Positions 16,701 to 29,331 of a DNA stretch of 34,937 bases are shown here, in pieces. The position numbers and the translations under genes were made by a program. The stretch spans positions 1 through 34,937 of the forward strand of contig JBGPNU010000001.1 of assembly GCA_041487675.1 (NCBI GenBank). The letters run 5' to 3'. How positions within the stretch are numbered: position 1 is the stretch's first letter; each line of letters opens with the position of its first letter. The notes below the pieces were generated by a model, which saw only the letters and a program-made list of their open reading frames with translations, searched no databases and was not told the origin of the DNA. This stretch comes from Candidatus Binatus sp. (GTDB taxonomy: Bacteria; Desulfobacterota; Binatia; Binatales; Binataceae).

Positions 16701-18011
16701 GTGAGTCCCGCATCGTCCCCTGAAAAGCATGTGGTGATTATCGGCGGCGGATTCGGAGGAATCGCAGCCGCGCGAGCGCTCAGGAGAGCGCCGGTGCGGG
16801 TGACGCTGGTTGACAGACGCAACCATCATCTGTTCCAGCCGCTGCTCTACCAGGTCGCGACCGCGGCGCTGAATCCGAGCGATATCGCGTCGCCGATTCG
16901 GCGGATTTTACGCCGTCAGCGCAATGCCAGCGTGATTCTCGGCGAAGCGATCTCGATCGACACGGCAAAAAAAATTGTACAACTCATCGACGGCGAAGTT
17001 GGGTACGACTATCTGATCGTTGCGGCCGGCGCGACGCATTCGTACTTCGGCCACGAGGAATGGCATGGGGCGGCGCCGGGCTTGAAGACGGTCGAGGATG
17101 CGCTTGAGATTCGGCGCCGGGTGCTGGTCGCCTACGAAGCGGCCGAGCGCGAGACCGATGCGGATGAAGTCGCCAATTGGATGACGTTCGCGATCATCGG
17201 CGCGGGGCCGACCGGGGTCGAGATGGCGGGCGCGCTCGCCGAGATATCACGGCGCGTGCTCGAGCGTGACTTTCGGCGAATCGATCCGGGCCGCGCACGA
17301 ATCATACTGATCGAGGCGGGTCCGCGCGTGCTGCCTGCGATGTCTATGGAGTCATCGGCGAGCGCGCGGCGGCAACTGGAGCGGCTGGGAGTCGAAGTCA
17401 TCACCGAGTCGCCGGTCACGGCGATAGACGATCGCGGCGTCACGCACGGCGGATTGCGAACCGACACGCGCACGGTTATCTGGGCCGCGGGAGTGGCCGC
17501 ATCGAGGCTCGGTCAGAGCCTCGGTGCGGAGTTGGATCGCGCAGGCCGCGTAATCGTGAATCAGGATCTTTCTGTGGCGGGCGCCGACGCCGTGTTCGTG
17601 ATAGGCGATCTCGCGGCGATCAAGTCGGACGGAAAGCCGGTGCCGGGACTGTCGCCGGCCGCGATGCAGGAAGGGCGGCATGCGGCGAAAAACATCGCGC
17701 GCATCGTACGCGGCGAGCCGACGCTCCCGTTTCGTTACCGGGACAAGGGGACGCTCGCAACAATCGGAAAGGCCGCCGCAGTCGCCGACCTCGGCAGGCT
17801 GCATTTGAGCGGCCTCGTTGCATGGTTGATGTGGCTATTCGTGCACATCTTTTTTCTGATTGGATTTCGCAACCGGTTCCTCGTGATCGTGGAATGGGCG
17901 TGGATGTATATCCGCAACGATCGCGGCGCTCGATTGATCACCGGCGACGTGGAGCCGTTGCTGGAACGCGGCGAACGGCCGGAGGATCGTGAGCGGATGC
18001 TTACAAAGTGA
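16701..18011 (+). CDS. ndh: Type II NADH:quinone oxidoreductase (NDH-2 family flavoprotein)
   Basis: 436 aa. Two dinucleotide folds (VVIIGGGFGG and FAIIGAGPTGVE), GD motif VFVIGD, hydrophobic C-terminal segment. GTG start from ORF track. Confidence 0.85.
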   Translation: MSPASSPEKHVVIIGGGFGGIAAARALRRAPVRVTLVDRRNHHLFQPLLYQVATAALNPSDIASPIRRILRRQRNASVILGEAISIDTAKKIVQLIDGEVGYDYLIVAAGATHSYFGHEEWHGAAPGLKTVEDALEIRRRVLVAYEAAERETDADEVANWMTFAIIGAGPTGVEMAGALAEISRRVLERDFRRIDPGRARIILIEAGPRVLPAMSMESSASARRQLERLGVEVITESPVTAIDDRGVTHGGLRTDTRTVIWAAGVAASRLGQSLGAELDRAGRVIVNQDLSVAGADAVFVIGDLAAIKSDGKPVPGLSPAAMQEGRHAAKNIARIVRGEPTLPFRYRDKGTLATIGKAAAVADLGRLHLSGLVAWLMWLFVHIFFLIGFRNRFLVIVEWAWMYIRNDRGARLITGDVEPLLERGERPEDRERMLTK

Positions 18012-18077
18012 AAATCGCGCTCAGTCTCAAGAAGCGCTCTCGCGCGGAAACCTTCTCCGGCGTTAGAATCAGCCAAC

Positions 18078-18527
18078 ATGATTGATGGTCCATTCACGGG
18101 CGTATGCGTCTGCAAATCGATCCGATACGAAGTCGATCGGGTCTTCGATGTTATCTACTGCCACTGCAATCAGTGTCGGCGGAGCAGCGGTGCTCCTGTG
18201 CTTCTGACCGCGGCTGTCGCGGGCAATGCTTTCCGGGTGACGAAGGGCACGCCCAGCGTCTATCCCACTTCGGCATCGGGGAGCAGCCACTTCTGCGGAA
18301 AGTGCGGCACTGGACTATACGGCGAGTATCGGCCTGAAGCGCATCCGCTGGTGAGGGACGGAAGATACTTTTCGGTGAGGGTCGGCACCTTCGATGAGCC
18401 CGAGCGCATTCGCCCGCAGATTCATCAGTTCGTCGAGAGCAAGCTCTCATGGTTCGACACGACCGACGATCTGCTGCGGGTCGAGGGCAACACTCTCCCG
18501 CATCCGGACAAACGCAAGCCTGGCTAG
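18078..18527 (+). CDS. GFA-family protein (glutathione-dependent formaldehyde-activating / CENP-V-like Zn-binding fold)
   Basis: 149 aa. Cys pattern C.C......CHC..C....G plus FC..CG typical of the GFA family. Confidence 0.8.
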   Translation: MIDGPFTGVCVCKSIRYEVDRVFDVIYCHCNQCRRSSGAPVLLTAAVAGNAFRVTKGTPSVYPTSASGSSHFCGKCGTGLYGEYRPEAHPLVRDGRYFSVRVGTFDEPERIRPQIHQFVESKLSWFDTTDDLLRVEGNTLPHPDKRKPG

Positions 18528-18616
18528 CACTAGAGCCGGTCCTGGCGCAATTCGCGCAAATCGACGGAAAACTTCACCTTACCGCGCATTTTATGCTGTG
18601 GTGATCATGGCACAGC

Positions 18617-18673
18617 GGGAGTGCTCAGTCTTTGAGGAGTGGATTGTTTCAGTAGTGTGTTGATGCGGGCGGC
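18617..18673 (-). pseudogene. Decayed duplicate of the last ~18 codons of rbfA
   Basis: About three-quarters nucleotide identity by eye, with one 1-nt indel, to 19082-19137. Minus strand reads AARINTLLKQSTPQRLS versus authentic AARIDALLKQSAPKD-stop. Confidence 0.7.
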
Positions 18674-18684
18674 TTGTGGCGCTC

Positions 18685-18766
18685 GCGAAGGAAAAGGCAT
18701 CCTTGCAGCAGACCCTCACCCGACGCGCGATGACGCGCGTCGGCCTCTCCCTGATAGAGAGAGGCT
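18685..18766 (+). repeat. R2 hairpin repeat
   Basis: GCGAAGGAAAAGGCATCCTTGCAGCAGACCCTCACC + hairpin CGACGCGCG-ATGA-CGCGCGTCG + GCCTCTCCCTGATAGAGAGAGGCT. Paralog at 27159-27239. Confidence 0.8.
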
Positions 18767-18873
18767 TGGAAGGTTCCGGGATTCGCTACAGCAACTTTCG
18801 CTTCAGAATGACACAAAGACCGAACGATACAGAATAAGCAGGGAACGACGTAGCACACTTGCATCTTGAGCCG

Positions 18874-18940
18874 CAGAACCCTCACCTACCGGCCGCGATG
18901 CGGCCAGCCGCCTCTCCCGTGAAATAACGGGCGAGGTAAG
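18874..18940 (-). repeat. R1 hairpin repeat, long form, inverted
   Basis: CAGAACCCTCACCTACCGGCCGCGATGCGGCCAGCCGCCTCTCCCGTGAAATAACGGGCGAGGTAAG. Confidence 0.85.
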
Positions 18941-18975
18941 AATCGGACTTCACCAGCGCCTCCACCCTCAACCCG

Positions 18976-19069
18976 TTCTAACAGGGACGAAGTCCCGCAT
19001 CTTCTCCTAATACTAAGGTGCAGGGGTTACCCCTGCCCAGGGAAGTGTGAAACCCACGGTGGGTTTCAC
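18976..19069 (+). repeat. Composite repeat block: TTCTAACAGG module, GCAGGGG-TTA-CCCCTGC hairpin, GGGAAG + GAAACC hairpin (R3 core)
   Basis: Hairpins at 19020-19036 and 19047-19069 (GTGAAACCCA-CGG-TGGGTTTCAC). Ends 21 nt 3' of the rbfA stop. Related blocks at 27249-27336 and 30970-31085. Confidence 0.75.
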
Positions 19070-19089
19070 GTTCAATTAAGCGGAGGTGC

Positions 19090-19440
19090 TCAGTCCTTGG
19101 GGGCGGATTGTTTTAGGAGCGCGTCGATGCGGGCGGCGCGTTCGAGTCCGGGATCGAATTCAAAATTCAGCTCGGGCGTGTATCTGAGCGCGAGCGCTTT
19201 GCCTATTTCGCGGCGGATAAATCCGCTCGCGCTCTTGAAGCCCGCGATCGCGGCGGGCGCGCGCGGGGAACCCTCGAGATGGGAAAAATAGACGCGGCCG
19301 TGGCGCAGGTCGTCGTCCATCTTGACCCCGGTGAGCGTGATACCGCGCAGGCGCGGGTCGCGGAGATCGCGCATCAGCATCGCGGATAGCTCGCGGAGCA
19401 GAGCCTCGGCGACGCGCTCGGGTCTTCGGCCTTCAGGCAC
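19090..19440 (-). CDS. rbfA: Ribosome-binding factor A
   Basis: 116 aa. R..RV...L..EL..ml...l.DPR, then T.V....DL..A.VY pattern; GTG start preceded by GGTGA; operon position after infB. Confidence 0.9.
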   Translation of the reverse strand: MPEGRRPERVAEALLRELSAMLMRDLRDPRLRGITLTGVKMDDDLRHGRVYFSHLEGSPRAPAAIAGFKSASGFIRREIGKALALRYTPELNFEFDPGLERAARIDALLKQSAPKD

Positions 19441-19503
19441 CTTGATTCACCGGTATCAAGAATTCAGCGCGGCTGCGGCAGTCTCGCGTGAAACCTCTCC
19501 CTA

Positions 19504-19527
19504 ACCCTCTCCTTGGACAAGGAGAGG
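19504..19527 (+). repeat. R2-like CTCTCC hairpin between DUF503 gene and rbfA
   Basis: CCCTCTCC-TTGGACAA-GGAGAGGG, preceded by ACCTCTCCCTAA. Confidence 0.6.
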
Positions 19528-19563
19528 GGACTGGAATGCCAGCTGCTTTGCCTTGCCATGATT

Positions 19564-19851
19564 TCAGTAGTTTATAATCTCGAGTTGTTCTTCGCCGAGC
19601 GGGACCAGGCCCAGCGAATCGATAAAGTTCACGACCTCACGCAGAGCCTTGTCCACGAAGGCGCGATCGCTGCCGACCTGGCAGATGCCCAACTCGGCAC
19701 GCTGCCACATATCGTGGCCGTCCGACTCGGTAATCGAGACGTTAAACTTGTTGCGGACGCGATCTTTGATCGCGCGCAGCACCTGTCGTTTGCCCTTTAG
19801 AGAATGGTTTTCCGGCAGAAACAGGGTCAGCCGCATAACGCCGACGACCAT
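19564..19851 (-). CDS. ylxP: DUF503 family protein (YlxP-like)
   Basis: Start placed at MVVGVMRLTLFLPENHSLKGKRQV (ATG 19851), preceded by GGAGGAGGGGG 6 nt upstream. Conserved SLK.KR motif. Position between infB and rbfA. Confidence 0.85.
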   Translation of the reverse strand: MVVGVMRLTLFLPENHSLKGKRQVLRAIKDRVRNKFNVSITESDGHDMWQRAELGICQVGSDRAFVDKALREVVNFIDSLGLVPLGEEQLEIINY

Positions 19852-19908
19852 GATACGCCCCCTCCTCCACGCGACGACTTCGACGCGTCCGGGACGACCG
19901 CGCAAGAT

Positions 19909-22794
<2,886 letters not shown>

Positions 22795-22804
22795 TACAGT
22801 TATA

Positions 22805-23089
22805 CTATTCGACCTTGAGGTTTCTATCCAGTCGGCGTTTAATTGCCTCGGCGATCATGAGCCGCTCGGAACGATCGATCTTGCGCCGGAGCGCGCGAAA
22901 TTCCTTCACCTTTGAATTGACGAATCTGTCGGCGCATTCGAGCGTCGGATGCAAATAACCGCCGCGTCCGGCGCGGCGCGCCTCAAAATCCACTTCGACC
23001 TTTTCATTCACGACCGCAATCCGCAGCATCGCGGACTTCGAATCTTTTTTCATACATCCGATGCAGGTGCGCTCGGGAGCTCGCTCCAG
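22805..23089 (-). CDS. ylxR: YlxR/RnpM-family (DUF448) RNA-binding protein; start probably non-canonical
   Basis: Family motif GRGGYLHP inside the ORF. The family's conserved N-terminal RTCIGC motif is encoded in frame at 23056-23071, upstream of the first ATG/GTG/TTG (23053). The only plausible in-frame initiators are CTG 23089 or ATC 23107. Stop at 22805. Confidence 0.7.
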   Translation of the reverse strand: MERAPERTCIGCMKKDSKSAMLRIAVVNEKVEVDFEARRAGRGGYLHPTLECADRFVNSKVKEFRALRRKIDRSERLMIAEAIKRRLDRNLKVE

Positions 23090-23100
23090 CCGGTTCGAGT

Positions 23101-24552
23101 TTACGATTTTTCTCCCGCATCTTCGCTCGCCGCGGGAGCGGAATCTTCGCTCGCCGCAGGAGCGGAGTCTTCGCTCGCCGCAGGCGCGGGCTCCTCCGCA
23201 ATTGTCGCGGCGGCCGCTTCCGCCCCTTCGGCTTCGGTTGCGGCGAGCGCTTCGGCGGCGGCAATCTCCGCGGCGGCAGCTTCCGCAGCGGCGGCCTTGG
23301 CTTCCGCCGCAATCTTTTTGTTGGCGACGTGCTCGCGCGCCGCGTTGATTATCTGGGTGGCGCGCTCGGCGCTGATACCCTCGACGTCGAAGGCGGTCTC
23401 ATCGGCCTCGGACAATTGCTCGGCCGAGCGGAAGCCCCACTGGTAGAGCAACTCGGCGTTGATGTCGCCGATGCCGGGAATCGCGTTCAGCGAGGCGCGC
23501 GCGGAGCGGGCCTCCTCTTCGGCCTCGGCCTCGCTGCGCACATCGAGCTTCCATCCGGTGAGCCGATGCGCCAGGCGCACGTTCTGGCCGCGCTTTCCAA
23601 TCGCGAGCGAGAGCTGATCGTCGGGCACGATCACTTCCATGGCGTGCTCGTCCTCGTCGATAATGACCTTGGAGACTTTTGCGGGCGCGAGCGCGCGGCA
23701 GACCAACTCGGCCTGGTCGTCGGTCCACGGCACGATGTCGATTTTTTCGCCGCGCAGCTCCTGCACCACCGATTGCACGCGGGTGCCCTTCATCCCGACG
23801 CAAGCGCCGACCGGATCGACGTCGGAATCCTTGGAATAGACCGCGACTTTGGCGCGTCCGCCGGGCTCGCGGGCGCTCTGGCGAATCTCGACGATGCCCT
23901 CGTAAATTTCCGGCACTTCCTGCTCGAACAGCTTCATCAGGAAGTCGTTGGCGGTGCGCGAGAGCACGATCGAAAGCCCTTTCTCCGACAGATCGACGTC
24001 GAGTATCAGCGCGCGGATGCGATCGCCCTGGCGATAGCGCTCGTGCGGGATCTGCTCCTTCTCGGGAAGGATCGCCTCGGTGCGGCCGAGATTCACGATC
24101 ATGTTCTTGCGCTCGAAGCGCTGCACGATTCCCGAGACGACTTCGAGCTTGCGATCTTTATATTCGTTGAAGATCTGTTTGCGCTCGGCGTCGCGGATAT
24201 GCTGGATGAGATTCTGCTTGGCCGCCTGCGCCGCGATCCGGCCCATCGTGGCAGTGTCGAGCTTGATCAAGATTTCGTCGCCGACTTCCGCTTCTGGATC
24301 GTACTTGGCGCGCGCTTCCGCCACGTCAGCCTCGGCGGCCGAGTTGGCCACTTTTTCGACGACCGTCTTGATCTCGAACAGCTCGATCTCGCCAAGCTCG
24401 GGATTGAACCGCGATTCGATATTGCGGTCGGGGCCGAAAGTGCGGCGCGCCGCCGAATGCATCATTTCCTCGACCGCGTTGATCACGATCGTCTTGTCGA
24501 TGCCTTTTTCCTTGGAGACCTGCTCGATTACCCGGTTCAGATCGACCTGCAT
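23101..24552 (-). CDS. nusA: Transcription termination/antitermination factor NusA with Ala/Glu-rich repetitive C-terminal tail
   Basis: 483 aa. NusA N-domain, S1 (G.IV.G.V), KH1/KH2 (VGACVGMKG.R, AIGKRGQNVRLA), HhH region, then an AAEA-rich tail. GGAGG 5 nt upstream of the ATG. Confidence 0.95.
   Translation of the reverse strand: MQVDLNRVIEQVSKEKGIDKTIVINAVEEMMHSAARRTFGPDRNIESRFNPELGEIELFEIKTVVEKVANSAAEADVAEARAKYDPEAEVGDEILIKLDTATMGRIAAQAAKQNLIQHIRDAERKQIFNEYKDRKLEVVSGIVQRFERKNMIVNLGRTEAILPEKEQIPHERYRQGDRIRALILDVDLSEKGLSIVLSRTANDFLMKLFEQEVPEIYEGIVEIRQSAREPGGRAKVAVYSKDSDVDPVGACVGMKGTRVQSVVQELRGEKIDIVPWTDDQAELVCRALAPAKVSKVIIDEDEHAMEVIVPDDQLSLAIGKRGQNVRLAHRLTGWKLDVRSEAEAEEEARSARASLNAIPGIGDINAELLYQWGFRSAEQLSEADETAFDVEGISAERATQIINAAREHVANKKIAAEAKAAAAEAAAAEIAAAEALAATEAEGAEAAAATIAEEPAPAASEDSAPAASEDSAPAASEDAGEKS
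23120..23191 (-). repeat. 3 x 24-bp in-frame tandem repeat in the nusA 3' end
   Basis: Units TCTTCGCTCGCCGCGGGAGCGGAA / TCTTCGCTCGCCGCAGGAGCGGAG / TCTTCGCTCGCCGCAGGCGCGGGC, encoding PAPAASED SAPAASED SAPAASED. Confidence 0.9.
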
Positions 24553-24645
24553 AGTGCCTCCCCGGGGCGCGAAGAGAGAGACGCGCCAATAGTTTTAGGC
24601 CGCTCCCGGTGACGGGGGCGGAATGAAAGTGATGATTCCATGCGC

Positions 24646-25131
24646 CTACTTATCAAAGTCGTACTCGTAATTCGCTCCAGACATCTCGTTGAAACCGATC
24701 GTGAGCCTTTTCCGGCTCGTTTCATCGTCAAGCTCGATTCCCGCAACGTTCACCGACAGCAGTTTGCCGACGAACGACTTTTGCCCGTCGCGCGCGCGAC
24801 GCGTCCGTACCTTCACGCGCTCGCCCTTAACCGCCTCGAAATGCTCGAGCTTGCGCAGCGGCCGGTTTATACCGGGCGACGAAACTTCCAGCGTGTAGCG
24901 ACCTTCGACCGGATCGTACACATCGAGCAAATCGCCGAGCGTCGGGCTCAGCTTCTCAAGCTCGCTGAGTGCGATTCCACCGCCCGGCTTATCGACCAGC
25001 AGCCGGAGGATCGAATTGCGCGTGCCCTTGCGAAAGTCCACCGAAACCAGTTCATAACCCTGGCGTTCGACGTGCGGCGCCAGCAGCCCGAGCACCTTTT
25101 CGGCGGTCGGATGAAGCGTCAGGGCCACCAT
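24646..25131 (-). CDS. rimP: Ribosome maturation factor RimP
   Basis: Start placed at ATG 25131 (MVALTLHPTAEKV...), 7 nt downstream of GAGGTGA; the ORF-track GTG at 25137 abuts that SD. Reads LEVSSPG..RPL; position upstream of nusA. Confidence 0.88.
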   Translation of the reverse strand: MVALTLHPTAEKVLGLLAPHVERQGYELVSVDFRKGTRNSILRLLVDKPGGGIALSELEKLSPTLGDLLDVYDPVEGRYTLEVSSPGINRPLRKLEHFEAVKGERVKVRTRRARDGQKSFVGKLLSVNVAGIELDDETSRKRLTIGFNEMSGANYEYDFDK

Positions 25132-25208
25132 CGGCACTCACCTCTTCCGCTCGCTCCGGCAGCCGGCCCCGGAGCCCCAAGTTTTTCCACGGTTCGTTTA
25201 AACGACGC

Positions 25209-25237
25209 CAACAAAAAAGTGGGCACGCGCCCACTTC
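25209..25237 (-). terminator. Intrinsic terminator on the minus strand, inside the rimP-nusA-infB upstream region (attenuator candidate)
   Basis: Minus strand reads GAAGTGGGC-GCGT-GCCCACTT followed by TTTTGTTGG (T-run TTTTTT counting the last two stem bases): 8-bp GC-rich stem, 4-nt loop, T-run. No minus-strand gene lies upstream to terminate. Confidence 0.55.
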
Positions 25238-25432
25238 ACGTGAGCAAGATACCACTGGTGCCGGCCTGTCGGCAAGGCGGCGAATTTACGGCGTTTATCA
25301 CACGAGCAGCCGCTTTTGACGATCGAAGGATTTCCCGCGATCAAGCAGGTCGCGAATCTCGATTCATGGCGCCGCTGTATTCAGTTCCTGGGCAAGCATT
25401 TGGGTTGATATTCCAGTAGCATCGCAATCTCG

Positions 25433-26722
25433 ATGCCCGAGCTGACCGGCCCCAATTCTCCCGCACTCGGATTTCTGCTCGCACTTGCGATCGGTTTCCT
25501 GGTGGGCCGCACGCGAGAACCTGCCGCCGCAGGTCCGCCCCGCCCGGGGACGCGCGACTTCCTGATAATCGCGCTGCTCGGCGCGGTGGCTGGTCACGTT
25601 GGCAATTACCTGCTGGCGACCGCGCTGTTCGCGGGCGTGATCGGCGCGATCCTTGTAATGAGGACGCAGCATCGGGAGCGCAGCGGAATCACCACGGAGC
25701 TTGCCGCGATCGCGACCTTTGCGCTGGCGGCGCTGTGCCTCACTTCGGATCGCCAATTTGGCGCCGGGCTTGGAATCGTGCTCGCGCTAATCCTGGCGGA
25801 GCGCGATCAGCTGCGCCATTTCGTGCTCGAAGGAATCTCCGATCAGGAATATATCGATACGCTGACTTTCCTCGGCCTGATTTTCATCATCTACCCGCTG
25901 CTTCCGACCGGCACCTACGGACCCTTCGGATTTTTCGATCCGCGCAAGATCTGGCTATTCGTAATCCTGGTCTCAGGCGTATCGTATGTCGGCTACTTCC
26001 TGACCAAGTTCGCCGGTAACGAACGCGGCGCGCTGCTGACTGCGGTGTTGGGGGCGCTCGCCTCGACGACTGCGTACACGAGCGGAATTTCGCGCGCGGT
26101 GGCCGAGGCGCCCGATACGGCGATACCGGCGGCCCGCAACGCGCTGATCGCCAATTCGATCCTGTTCCCGCGGATGCTGCTCATAGTCGCCGCGGTCAGT
26201 CCGGCGCTGGCGATAGCGGGGGTCCCGGCGTTCGCCGCGATGACGCTCGCCGGCTTCGGCGCGGCGTTGATTCTGGGGATTGCAGCCGACAAAACCGGAG
26301 CCACGGTCGCGGCCTCGACCTTCCGCAACCCGTTCTCGCTCGCTCCCGCGCTCAAGTTCGGGGTCGTATTTACGGTGGTTCTGTTCGTGGCCCGGATCGC
26401 GAAGAATTATATGGGGTACGGCGGCCAGATGGCGGTATCGGCGGTAAGCGGACTGGTGGACGTCGATGCGATCTCGCTCACGCTCGCGAGTTTCGTTAAC
26501 GCGCGGACCAGTTCCGCGCGCGACGCGGTAATCGGGATGACGCTCGCAGCCGGAGTCAACGCAATCTTCAAGTCGGCGATCGCGCGATCGAGTCGTCAGC
26601 CGGCATTCTATCTGCGCCTGATGGCGGGGTTCGCGATCATGTTCGCGGTTGGCGCAGCCACGATCATGTTTGTCGATCCACTCGCTGTCACCGAACTGGT
26701 TAATCGCATTCAGGCCAACTGA
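25433..26722 (+). CDS. Polytopic membrane protein, MgtC/SapB-like N-terminal region plus DUF4010-like repeat
   Basis: 429 aa, about 10-12 hydrophobic helices. Architecture and length resemble MgtC-family/DUF4010 proteins; assignment from recollection only. Confidence 0.55.
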   Translation: MPELTGPNSPALGFLLALAIGFLVGRTREPAAAGPPRPGTRDFLIIALLGAVAGHVGNYLLATALFAGVIGAILVMRTQHRERSGITTELAAIATFALAALCLTSDRQFGAGLGIVLALILAERDQLRHFVLEGISDQEYIDTLTFLGLIFIIYPLLPTGTYGPFGFFDPRKIWLFVILVSGVSYVGYFLTKFAGNERGALLTAVLGALASTTAYTSGISRAVAEAPDTAIPAARNALIANSILFPRMLLIVAAVSPALAIAGVPAFAAMTLAGFGAALILGIAADKTGATVAASTFRNPFSLAPALKFGVVFTVVLFVARIAKNYMGYGGQMAVSAVSGLVDVDAISLTLASFVNARTSSARDAVIGMTLAAGVNAIFKSAIARSSRQPAFYLRLMAGFAIMFAVGAATIMFVDPLAVTELVNRIQAN

Positions 26723-26766
26723 GTATAGCCATCGAGCCTGACAAAACGGTCGAAGGAGTATTCGCG

Positions 26767-27039
26767 ATGCATGAAATCAAGTCGTTCGAGATTTTCCAGA
26801 CTGCGAAGGTGATGGCGGTGCTTTACACGATCATGGGCGCGTTCTTCGCGGTGTTCGTCGCCTTTATGTCGCTCCTGCATGGACATCCGGGACGCGCGAT
26901 ATTAGCGATTATCTTTCTTCCGATCCTCTACGGCATCTTCAGCTTCATCGGCACAACGTTCTTCTGTTGGCTCTACAACGAGGTGGCGAGCCGCCTCGGC
27001 GGCATCGCATTCGAACTAACTCCACGAAGCGGGAATTGA
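26767..27039 (+). CDS. Small two-TM membrane protein, unknown function
   Basis: 90 aa. AAGGAG 8 nt upstream of the ATG. Two hydrophobic helices (VMAVLYTIMGAFFAVFVAFMSLL and AILAIIFLPILYGIFSFIGTTFFCWL). Confidence 0.5.
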   Translation: MHEIKSFEIFQTAKVMAVLYTIMGAFFAVFVAFMSLLHGHPGRAILAIIFLPILYGIFSFIGTTFFCWLYNEVASRLGGIAFELTPRSGN

Positions 27040-27067
27040 AATCGAGAGCTCCCTACTTCGCCCGTTC

Positions 27068-27104
27068 TTGTCTGGTCCCTCGCCCGTTATTTCACGGGAG
27101 AGGT
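27068..27104 (+). repeat. R1 hairpin repeat, short form, intact
   Basis: CCTCGCCCGTTATTTCACGGGAGAGGTTAGGTGAGGG, identical to the sequence rebuilt by excising the IS at 172-2588. Confidence 0.85.
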
Positions 27105-27158
27105 TAGGTGAGGGTGCCGTCAGCGCATGACACAACCGCGAGAGCGCGTGCGAAAACC

Positions 27159-27239
27159 GCGAAGAAGGGCATCTTAGCAAGTGGACCCTCACCCGCGCCT
27201 CGAAAACTCGGCGCGGCCTCTCCCTGTCAGGGAGAGGCT
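27159..27239 (+). repeat. R2 hairpin repeat
   Basis: GCGAAGAAGGGCATCTTAGCAAGTGGACCCTCACC + hairpin CGCGCC-TCGAAAACTC-GGCGCG + GCCTCTCCCTGTCAGGGAGAGGCT. Confidence 0.8.
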
Positions 27240-27248
27240 ATTTGGGAG

Positions 27249-27336
27249 TTCTAACAGGGCCCTTCGACTACGCTCAGGATAAACTCCGCCCGCATGCGGG
27301 TCACACGGGAAGTCCGAAACCTGCGTGAGGTTTCGG
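27249..27336 (+). repeat. Composite repeat block: TTCTAACAGG module, CCCGCATGCGGG palindrome, GGGAAG + GAAACC hairpin (R3 core)
   Basis: Hairpin CCGAAACC-TGCGTGA-GGTTTCGG at 27314-27336, ending 17 nt 3' of the acs stop. Confidence 0.75.
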
Positions 27337-27352
27337 GATCCTCGTTCTTCGA

Positions 27353-29311
<1,959 letters not shown>

Positions 29312-29331
29312 CGCGATTTGGAGGCGGGCGA

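Noticed and set aside
18685-19069. CRISPR-like array of GC-rich palindromic repeats (also at 27068-27336)
   Set aside because: The repeats belong to different families, occur in mixed orientation, and are irregularly spaced without uniform spacers. No cas genes are present. They are REP/MITE-like elements instead.
23088-23100. tRNA T-arm-like GGTTCGAGT
   Set aside because: It lies in the ylxR 5' region in coding context, and no acceptor or anticodon arms can be drawn around it.
22949-23446. 165-aa Ala/Ser-rich plus-strand ORF, and the 23004-23312 minus-strand Arg/Pro-rich ORF
   Set aside because: These are alternative frames of the nusA low-complexity 3' tail and tandem repeat, with no independent support.
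29312-29331. CCUCC (anti-SD-like) just upstream of the acs ATG, echoing the one upstream of pnp
   Set aside because: Two occurrences in GC-rich spacers are easily chance. It is noted in the pnp finding but not treated as a signal in its own right.
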